From positions 1 through 8,531 of the forward strand of contig WFME01000037.1 in NCBI GenBank assembly GCA_020137815.1: a stretch of DNA of 8,531 bases, given 5' to 3'. Under the pieces are notes generated by a model, which was not told where the DNA came from, made no database searches, and was given only the letters and a program-made list of their open reading frames with translations. Shown in pieces: positions 1-7,340 of the stretch (position 1 is the stretch's first letter; the number at the start of each line of letters is the position of its first letter). Source of the stretch: Hormiphora californensis (Eukaryota; Animalia; Ctenophora). Position numbers and translations under genes: made by a program.

Positions 1-2
1 AG

Positions 3-111
3 GCCACTGTGACCAAAGAGATCCACTTGAGTAACCAGAGCACTGGTAACTGGTCAGACAGCGAGGAGGGAGATTTACACAACAAACGAGCTCACCATGC
101 CTCAGATTCTG
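3..111 (+). CDS. Penultimate coding exon of upstream receptor gene (cytoplasmic tail; 5' boundary uncertain)
   Basis: Only + frame 3 is open (ATVTKEIHLSNQSTGNWSDSEEGDLHNKRAHHASDS). It ends at a strong donor G|GTAAGC (111/112), phase 1, in frame with the exon at 260. AG at 1-2 may be the acceptor. Confidence 0.7.
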
Positions 112-259
112 GTAAGCACTGTCAATTGAGCACTCTCAGTATTTGGTGCCATTACTTTAAGTATTATAAGCAGCTCCAGATGGTCTCCAAATCGTTATAA
201 ACAACGGTTTTATTACCTAAAATATTTTGTAAATGGTTCCTAATTCTTCCCCTTCTTAG

Positions 260-408
260 ACCCGGGCTACTGTTCCTCGCCAACATTCCACAACCCCAAC
301 TACATGCGGATAGTGACCGCCTCCCCCAAGACAACCAGTATTGTTGAAGAAGCTACCACTAGCAGTGCAACAGTAGTGTCTGTGAAGAGAAAGAAAAGGA
401 GATCTTAA
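260..408 (+). CDS. Terminal coding exon of a membrane receptor with FxNPxY endocytosis motif (LDLR/LRP-family-like tail)
   Basis: Pyrimidine tract and acceptor TTCTTCCCCTTCTTAG| (258-259). The spliced frame reads DPGYCSSPTFHNPNYMRIVTASPKTTSIVEEATTSSATVVSVKRKKRRS*, with FHNPNY at 286-303 and TAA at 406-408. Confidence 0.8.
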
Positions 409-1146
409 GATCTGCAGTCTGCGAGATATCGATGTATATTTTAGTACGATAGACTGTTTTAACGTGTTTATTGACTAATTATGTTTGTCGTGTGTAATGA
501 AATGTGTAAAACATATCCTTGTGTTGTAGTGTGTAGAGAGTGCAAAACAATCCAACTTGTATTAGAGGAGATTATATTTTCGAGTATCTTTGTATTTTTT
601 GCTGAAGTGTATTATATTTATTTGGCTATTTATTCTTACAGATTTGCGTGTATTGATGCCTTGCCAGAAACACTCAGTTACATTCACTGTATGCATGTGA
701 TTCAACCTGCCAGTCATTAACGTGGTCAACATCGTTATTTCTCTTGTTTACCCAACGTTGGTAACAGCCCCCGTGGCAGGAACTATGAACTATGAACTAA
801 TGGAATTACCGGTATCATCAGTATTACTAATGATGCCCAGTATAACACGCGATATCACTTTCAGCCTTTCATTAATTACACCTACCCCAACACCTCAGTT
901 GACGATTGACGTGGCCACTGACCACCTTTACTTGCAACAGAAGAAGAGGCCACATTACTGCATGGCGGTTTGCCACTTGATGACAGATATCAGGCAAGTT
1001 GCTGTAACGCGCGGTGACAACGATATGGACCAACTCGCGCGCATCTTACATTTCCCAGAAAATTAACGTAAAATGCGAGAAACAATTGTGATGCCTTTTG
1101 AGCCCAACGCGTAAAAAAATGGGGCGGGTATTTTTTTAATTTAAAT

Positions 1147-1529
1147 AAGGAACCATAATAAAGTTCAAGAGCGCACCCCATCCAAGAGCGTACCACCTCC
1201 AAAAGACACCACTCCAAGAGCGCACCACATCAAAGAGAGCTCCCCATCCAGAAGATACCGCGCGCAGGGGACACCACGCGCAGAAGAGACCGCACGCGCA
1301 AATACAACGCCGCGCTGGTCTCTTCTGCGTGTGGTGTCCCTGCGCGTGGTATCTTCTGGATGGGGAGCTCTCTTTGATGTGGTGCGCTCTTGAAGTGGTG
1401 TCTTCTGGAGGTGGTGCGCTCTTGGATGTGGTCTCTTTTGGGTGTGGTGCGCTCTCAGGTGTGGTCTCTCTTCGATCGGGTGCGCTCTTGGGTGCTCTTG
1501 GAGGCTCTTGAACTTTATTATGGTTCCTT
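1147..1529. mobile_element. Foldback-type non-autonomous DNA transposon with long inverted arms built of 15-17 bp subrepeats
   Basis: The left arm ~1144-1291 (AATAAGGAACCATAATAAAGTTCAAGAGC...GAAGAGACC) is the reverse complement of the right arm 1317-1532, with a 25-bp spacer at 1292-1316. Units such as AAGAGCGCACCACATCC recur, and the right arm has about 70 bp of extra units. The TSD is ambiguous (AT or TA). Confidence 0.85.
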
Positions 1530-1568
1530 ATTATATATTTATGAAATTGTTCACCTCTTTTTTTTTCC

Positions 1569-1758
1569 GGCCAGCGTTAAGATCTGGATGTTTGAAGTGT
1601 CAACACTCACGGTTTTTTAGGGTTAGGGCTAAAGTGGGGTTAGGGTTGGTGTTTTGATTGGGGTTAGGCATTGACATTTCCTATCGGATAAACTTTGGAT
1701 TAGCCAAAACGGTTGAGTGGTTTGGACTTCCGACTTTGGCGGCTAGAGCGATTTTAGT
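1569..1758 (+). mobile_element. Copy A of the TTAGGG-containing Mutator-like family (left part; may continue to ~2701 beyond the inserted copy B)
   Basis: Begins with the family TIR GGCCAGCGTTAAGATCTGGATGTTT (1569-1593). 1609-1635 is the exact reverse complement of 2268-2294, and 1658-1725 matches the reverse complement of 1865-1932 at 63/68. Confidence 0.75.
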
Positions 1759-1948
1759 ATAACAGGGTATATGCTGCAGGGCGCCGTTACGATCTGGGCG
1801 TTTCGTGGCCTGTTTACAGGTGCGCGCTGCCAAAAAAATTGATTCACTAAAATGGCTCTAACCGCCAAACCACTCAACCGTTTTGGCTAATTCAAAGTTT
1901 ATCTGGTGGGAAATGTCAAGGCCTAACCCCAACCCTAACCCCTAGCCA

Positions 1949-2253
1949 CAGGGGCGGCTCTGCCATGCGGACGATGCGGACGCGTCCGCATTTTTACTTT
2001 GGATCACGGAGAGAAAAAGAAAAAATTCAAGAAAAAGAGTGAATTTTTCTCAAAATTTGATGTTTCAAATGAGATTTTTAGTGAAATCCGCGCGCCACAC
2101 AGGTTTTTTTGCCGTCGCAGTATTTTTTAATCGGCACGCTACGTCAAAATAGCCAATGCGGACCATCCGCATTGGGTATTTCGACGGAACGCGCGAGATA
2201 AATGTTTCGGCCGCATTTTGACTAGAGCGGCTGAAAGCCGCGCACCGCCCCTG
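1949..2253. mobile_element. hAT-superfamily MITE (305 bp) nested in MULE copy B
   Basis: TIR CAGGGGCGG (1949-1957) / CCGCCCCTG (2245-2253) with a perfect 8-bp TSD CCTAGCCA (1941-1948, 2254-2261). It interrupts the alignment between copies A and B. Confidence 0.9.
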
Positions 2254-2305
2254 CCTAGCCAAATGCTACTTTAGCCCTAACCCTAAAAAACCGTTTGTCA
2301 GCACT

Positions 2306-2539
2306 AGGGATCCCTAATAAAGTTGTGACTTGTCACTGTAGTCTTGCGGAGGCGCGGTTGTGACTTGTCACCGCGTGGTGCGCGTACCAAAACGCACATG
2401 GTTCCCACTGCGTGTAGCTGCGGCACGGCGCAAACCATGCGGTGACAAGTTACAATCGCGCATTGACAAGGGTTTTGAAGCCGCGCCGCCACGGGAACCA
2501 CATGTTTTGTGACAAGTCACAACTTTATTAGGGATCCCT
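2306..2539. mobile_element. MITE (234 bp) with perfect 31-bp TIRs, nested in MULE copy B; superfamily unassigned
   Basis: AGGGATCCCTAATAAAGTTGTGACTTGTCAC (2306-2336) is the exact reverse complement of 2509-2539. An inner inverted pair reuses the GTTGTGACTTGTCAC motif (~2353-2380 / ~2433-2460). The element is flanked by CT/CT. Confidence 0.88.
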
Positions 2540-2988
2540 CTCACGAAACACCCAGATTTTAACGTTGGCCTATACTGCACATGACGTAATTTTCAAAAAG
2601 ACCTGTAGCATATACCAAGGCCTCCGGGTGACATACAGGTGGCCAATACAGTATGAGACTACAGCACCAATAGCAGGAGACACCCCGATATCACGATAGC
2701 ACTTTCGAAAAACTGGAAACGCTGCAATTTTATTAACTTTGAAATATCGGCACTCAAAATGGGCATGATGAGATAAATGGGCGTGATGAGAAAAAAGAGC
2801 TTTATTTTGTTATGGTGAAAAGGGTGTGAGAGAACCACATGTTTCGCCGTTATGGATGCCATTTTTTGGATTTCATTCAGATTTTTCAGTTTGTTACCAT
2901 GAATTTTAATGTACTTTTATCTTTCGAGAGACAATTTACTTCATGCATATCTACCTAGATGTCAAATAATGCGTGTACCAGATTTGTG

Positions 2989-3022
2989 ATGAAGCTCCTT
3001 CTGTTTTTACTGCTCTCATTAT
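2989..3022 (+). CDS. Exon 1 (signal peptide) of YWTD beta-propeller receptor gene
   Basis: ATG at 2989 gives MKLLLFLLLSL, a classic n/h-region, followed by the consensus donor T|GTAAGT (3022/3023), phase 1. Confidence 0.75.
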
Positions 3023-3039
3023 GTAAGTACCTCCCATCC

Positions 3040-3192
3040 GGCCCAATGAACCCCCTCCGCCCACCACCAGGCACCACCCGCCCCACCCCTCTAGCATTCA
3101 AGAACCCCATCCCCCGACCAACCTCCCCCACCCCCTGGCCCAATGAACCCCCTCCGTCCACCTCCCCCCACCACCCTCCCCCACCCCCTCGA
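3040..3192. repeat. C-rich imperfect tandem duplication (period 97 bp) in intron 1
   Basis: GGCCCAATGAACCCCCTCCG is identical at 3040-3059 and 3137-3156, each copy followed by similar C-rich tracts. Confidence 0.7.
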
Positions 3193-3216
3193 AATGATAA
3201 TTCTCACTACTCACAG

Positions 3217-3297
3217 GTGCAAAGAGTGTAACCTTCAAACCGGGGGAGTGTGTAACTTGTACCTCAGTTATAACCTCCAACTGCTTCACTTCATGTG
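3217..3297 (+). CDS. Exon 2: end of signal peptide and short Cys-rich module
   Basis: Acceptor TACTCACAG| (3216) and donor G|GTAATT (3297/3298). The 81-nt, phase 1-1 exon is open: CAKSVTFKPGECVTCTSVITSNCFTSC. Confidence 0.7.
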
Positions 3298-3843
3298 GTA
3301 ATTGTATATCTAACATCCCCCTATAATATGTTCTAACTTACATTGTTGCGGGTGGAAAGAGAGAGGGTCGAACAAGGCGACCCTCCCCCTCTCCCCCTCC
3401 CCGGATAAGAACGGAGAGGGAAGTCTTTGTTGTATGTTTGTAAAAGCATACGTGTGTGTGAGAGTTTGTGTGCGGGTATGAGATCTTGCACCGATGGGAA
3501 TATCCGTGTGTAGGTTGTTTATGTTAGAGACATCTTTCTCTCTCCACACACACACACGCTCCACAGCTTTATAGATCTGCTGAACATTATGCAAAAGATG
3601 GTGCCATGAGAATTGGCAGCTTATATATACACATGGTGGAAGAGTGTACTACATCCGGGGCCGTGAGGGGGGGGGGGGGCTACTAAGAGAGGGAGTTAGA
3701 TAATGCTCCAATAGTCTTTTCTCGAATATTATGCGTTATATTATGAGAGTAATATGCTAGTACTGTTTCTGAAGTGGCCTGCTTGCCACCGTCTAGAATT
3801 AGGATTGGGACACGAGAGGATTCTTTCGCTATCCTCTTCTCCT

Positions 3844-4078
3844 GAGAGAGGAGAGAGAGAGAGAGCGAGAGAAGAGAGAAGAGAGGAGAGACGAAGAAAG
3901 AAGAGAAGAGAGAGAGAGAGAGAGCGAGAGGGAGAGAGGAGAGAGACGAGAGAGAGAGAGAGAGGGGAGAGAGAGAGAGACTTTCTTCATCTCTCTTCTC
4001 TCTGCTCTCTCTCTCTCTCTCTTCTCTCTCCTTCTCTCTACTCTCTCTCTCTCTCTTCTCTCTCTCTCTTTGTCTCTC
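3844..4078. repeat. Imperfect (GA)n tract immediately followed by a (TC)n tract (inverted microsatellite pair)
   Basis: GA-rich at 3844-3980 and TC-rich at 3981-4078. Confidence 0.9.
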
Positions 4079-4477
4079 GCTTTTATCGCATGGAAAGTTT
4101 TTGAGATGACTTCGGTACACACATTCTCACAAGAGTGTATTGTCTACATTTACAATTAAATAGAGGACATGTAGTATAATAATGGGAGAGAACATTTGGA
4201 AATGCTGATGCAGGGTTTGAGCTGGCGAGAGGTTGGTATGTGGAAAATGAAAATGAACATAATTCACTTTAAAATTTGAAAAAATTGATTAAAGGAATAG
4301 GGATGAGATAAGTGAAGATTAAAAAGGTTTGCTCATCGATAGTGTGATGGGACGACTGAAGGTGTGCATTGGTGTGACAAATGCCTAAAAAATATTATTT
4401 TGGTTTCATGTATCATCCCCTCGCCTGCATCCCCTCTCCTATAATAATGACAGATACTAACCCTCTACCTCCCTCAG

Positions 4478-4557
4478 AAGAGCGGATAGTGGTTGCAGTT
4501 GAGGGAACGATCCACTACTTTCAGTTACAGGGTGAATCAACGGGCGAAGCAATTCAG
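4478..4557 (+). CDS. Exon 3: first strands of the YWTD beta-propeller
   Basis: Acceptor CCTCTACCTCCCTCAG| (4477), phase 1, matches exon 2. EERIVVAVEGTIHYFQLQGESTGEAIQ resembles the 'FLLFA...IRRISLDG' propeller entry of LRP-type proteins. Donor CAG|GTACAT (4557/4558), phase 0. Confidence 0.7.
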
Positions 4558-4599
4558 GTACATAAGAGTTTGCTACTGGTTCCCCCATTGGCCCGTTGT

Positions 4600-6180
4600 G
4601 TGTCATACATTTCCATTGGTGCGGGGGCTGTTTGAGACTAAGATAGAGCTTCCGACTTTGTTTGTTTTAGGAATGGAGAGCTAAGAGAGACCACAACGAA
4701 ATAAAAGGCCCAAATTCTGGAAACGTATATAATATCAATGACAAGCGGGGAAAAACTATGCCCAAAACCTAAAAATTTTGTAAAGCTTTTTTTCTTAAGC
4801 AGATCAGGTCTTTTGGTATGAAATTTTGGTAGTTGGGGAATCATTCGTGGGGCAACGAGGGGGGGTAATTACTTTTTGGAAAGGGGTTGGGTGATTGTTG
4901 GGGTGTATGGGTGTAGTGGCATGGGAGGTTACCTCCCGAAAATTTTTGAAGAAGGAATGTTAAGTGCTGGGAAGAAGGGGGGACCCGGGGGTGAAATAAA
5001 GGGTTTAGGGTTTTACTTAAGGGGGGGGGGTAAGGGGAGTTAGAAATGGGTAAAGGAACCAAGTTCATTTAAGTGAATGGGTGGGAAAAATTAAAATCTT
5101 TAGAAATATTTCAACCCAGGCCTCAAGTAGAGGAGAGGTCCCAATGAACAAACAAAAGGGGGTTTGACTGACAGGAGGGGGGGGGGTAAATTTCGGTCGA
5201 AAGGGGAAAGCAAAAAAAACCCGGGGTGAAAAGGGGATCAAATCGTAATTTTTAAGTAAATTCCCCCGGGACCCCCGAAAACCGGGGAGCAGGAAAAGGA
5301 AAGGGGGGAAGAGAGGGAAAAAGGGGGAAACGGGGGGGAGGGGAAAGGGGGAAAAAAAGGGGGGGGGAAAAAGAATAAAAAAATCCGGGTTTTAGGAAAA
5401 AATGGGGGAAAAAGGGGAAAGAACCGGGGGGTTGGGGTTTTTTTTTTTTTTGGGGGTTGGAGAATTTTGGGTGTTGGGTTTGGGTGTAGGGTGCGGGCCC
5501 CCCCTGCGGGGTGATAACCTGCAGCCAAAGGACCCAAAGAAGGGAGGAGGAAGGGAAGGGGGGCGGACGGAGAGGAAAAAAAGGGGGGGGAAGGGGGGGG
5601 TTTGGGGGGGGGTTAAAGGCCCGGGGGGAGTGAGGAGGGGGACTTTTCAGGTTTAAAATGGGGGTTTTTAAACTAAAAAGGCCTTAAATGAATTTTCCGA
5701 AGGTCTCAACTTAACTTATTGAACAATTTCACTTATTAAAATTTTAGGTTAGAATCTGAAAAGGAAGTGGCGGAGATTAATGTACGAAGGGGGGGGCCAA
5801 TGTAAGGGTAAGGGGGGTGCAAAAAGGGAAAAACAAATAGAAAACGTAAAGCATTTTGTGAATTGACGCGCCCCCCGCCCGCCAAAAGAAACCGGGCGGC
5901 GAGCGGAGAGCGAGCAACAAGGAGAAGGAGGCGAGCGGAGCGAGGAGAGAGAAGAGAGGGCGAGCCAAGGGAAAGAAACGAGCAGGGAGCGGAGGAAGGA
6001 AGGGGGAGGAAAAGAGAGAGAGGAGAGGAAGAGGAGAAGAGGCGAGAGAAAGGAGGAAAGAGGGAGCGAGGAGAGACAGGAGAGGACGGGGAAGGGGGGC
6101 GAGAGGGGGGGAAAAAAGGGGTGGGCGAAGAGAGGGAAAGAAGGAAGCGCGGCGACCCCAAAAGAGGGGCGAAGAGAGAG
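4600..6180. other. Low-complexity, homopolymer-rich, G/A-skewed stretch; probable low-quality (unpolished long-read) sequence
   Basis: Dense runs of G, A and T (several of 9-14 nt), strong C depletion on the + strand and no credible reading frame. Boundaries are approximate. Confidence 0.65.
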
Positions 6181-6300
6181 AGAGAGCGTAGAGGAAAAAG
6201 AGGCTGCAGAGCGAGAGAGATCCTCTCTCTCTCGTCTCCCTCTCTCTCTATCCTCTTCTCTCGTCTTCTTCCTCCTCTTCTTCTCTCTCTCTCTCTCTCT
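5900..6300. repeat. Second degenerate (GA)n tract followed by a (TC)n tract
   Basis: Purine-rich GA-like tract ~5900-6220 switches abruptly to a TC tract at 6221-6300. Confidence 0.8.
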
Positions 6301-6552
6301 GTAACTAAGTTACTCTCATCATGAGAGTTCCGTGATCTTCAACTCATGAGATCATACCCCGCTTTAGGCTTCCCCACTCTCTCGCTCCTCCCCATGCGTT
6401 TTACCTAGAAAATAGTTACTATTAATGTCAGAATGATGTAACGGGGGCCCCCATGTTATGTAAGCCTAATAATAATATTAATAATAAAGACCTCGACCCT
6501 CCACTATTATATTGACACGCCTCAGTACCCTATAATATATTATCCCTACAAG

Positions 6553-6679
6553 GGTCAGAGCCAAGAAAGACCGAGATAGCGTGGCATGGCATTCACACTG
6601 TATCAAGTATGGCCGTGGATTTTAATACAGGGAATCTCTATTGGGTGGATCGAACTCTCAGTTCTATATTTGTAGCAAG
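6553..6679 (+). CDS. Internal exon, LDL-receptor class B (YWTD) repeat
   Basis: GSEPRKTEIAWHGIHTVSSMAVDFNTGNLYWVDRTLSSIFVA matches the class B consensus 'GLAVDW..GNLYWTD...I.V'. Acceptor CCCTACAAG| (6552; alternative AG at 6557-6558) and donor AG|GTATCA (6679/6680), phase 2. Confidence 0.9.
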
Positions 6680-6714
6680 GTATCACTTTATTGATGTTCC
6701 CATTGCTTATAATA

Positions 6715-7132
6715 CTGTAAAACCAGATATTTTCGCGACCATTAATTTTCGCGATTCGATCAAAATTAACTGTTTTCGTGGTTTTAATTTTCGCTTATCC
6801 CACTGCCACCCCCATTTCACGGTCCTAGTCTATTGTCTAATTACGCCAAGAGTACAGTCATCATTGCCATGAGACACCAGACCTGCTTGGCGTAGACCAA
6901 TGAAGTGTGAGCATTTTCTCATTGCTGATTGGCTCTAAGATATAGCCAACCAATGAACCGATTGTCGCTGACTTATTACTAAAAGTAAAAAAATGTGTCA
7001 TCCTGAAATTATTTGCACGAGTTAAATGTGAAAAATTGTCCAAAATATTTTCGCGGAATTAATTTTCGCGGATTTTCCAGCAAAAAATGAAGAGCAAAAA
7101 TTAAAATCTCACGAAAATTAATGGTTTTACAG
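6715..7132. mobile_element. TA-flanked MITE (418 bp), Tc1/mariner/pogo-like, intronic
   Basis: TA|CTGTAAAACCAGATATTTTCGCGA... and ...TCACGAAAATTAATGGTTTTACAG|TA give a ~35-bp imperfect TIR with TA at 6713-6714 and 7133-7134. ATTTTCGCG motifs recur subterminally. Confidence 0.85.
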
Positions 7133-7234
7133 TAGTATAGGTGCTGCCAGTTAACCTATGCCAGGCAATCTCTCCAACGTCTCATAAAAAGACAGTTTAA
7201 AAAATTTCTCATTATGACCTCCTCTCTCTCTTAG

Positions 7235-7340
7235 TCCCACTGGCGACGGTAAGAGGACTACTCTCATGGTCGACACAAATGGACCAACTGATATTGTGAT
7301 AAACAGTGAAGAGGGCAAACTATACTGGTTACATAGCAAG
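7235..7340 (+). CDS. Internal exon, YWTD repeat
   Basis: Acceptor CCTCTCTCTCTTAG| (7234), phase 2, matches the previous exon. It reads SPTGDGKRTTLMVDTNGPTDIVINSEEGKLYWLHSK and ends at donor AAG|GTACTC (7340/7341), phase 0. Not in the supplied ORF track. Confidence 0.9.

Larger units (their letters stand above)
1779..2570 (-). mobile_element. Mutator-like (MULE) non-autonomous element, copy B, with internal telomere-like (CCCTAA) repeats; carries two younger insertions
   Basis: 29-bp imperfect TIRs at 1779-1807 and 2542-2570 (23/29, GG...CC ends), flanked by the 9-bp direct repeat TATGCTGCA (1770-1778) / TATACTGCA (2571-2579). A 9-bp TSD with G...C termini is typical of Mutator. About 245 bp remain once the nested insertions are removed. 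Confidence 0.8.

Noticed and set aside
1165-1510. CRISPR-like array of short repeats
   Set aside because: The units are contiguous, degenerate and mirrored, with no unique spacers and no cas genes. The context is eukaryotic and a foldback transposon explains it.
990-1657. Similar ORFs on opposite strands (WCLLEVVRSWM...LELYYGSL)
   Set aside because: They are translations of the two arms of the inverted repeat, not paralogous genes.
1598-2305. TGTCAACACT/TGTCAGCACT as a 10-bp TSD around a single foldback at 1608-2295
   Set aside because: Homology extends outward to 1569 and 2570, and a better TIR plus 9-bp TSD defines 1779-2570, so the two-copy model explains more.
2757-2792. 18-bp tandem duplication AAATGGGCRTGATGAGA
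   Set aside because: Real but only two copies, with no further structure.
2959-3231. 90-aa secreted proline-rich ORF
   Set aside because: It reads through a consensus donor at 3023 into a C-rich intron. The spliced model is phase-consistent.
3363-3385. GAGGGTCG/CGACCCTC hairpin resembling a terminator
   Set aside because: A short stem in low-complexity eukaryotic intron sequence with no U-tract.
3683-4122. RE-rich and SL-rich ORFs
   Set aside because: Translations of GA/TC microsatellites.
4841-6324. G/K/R/E-rich and P/F/S-rich ORFs
   Set aside because: Products of low-complexity, probably error-rich sequence, with no domain-like character.
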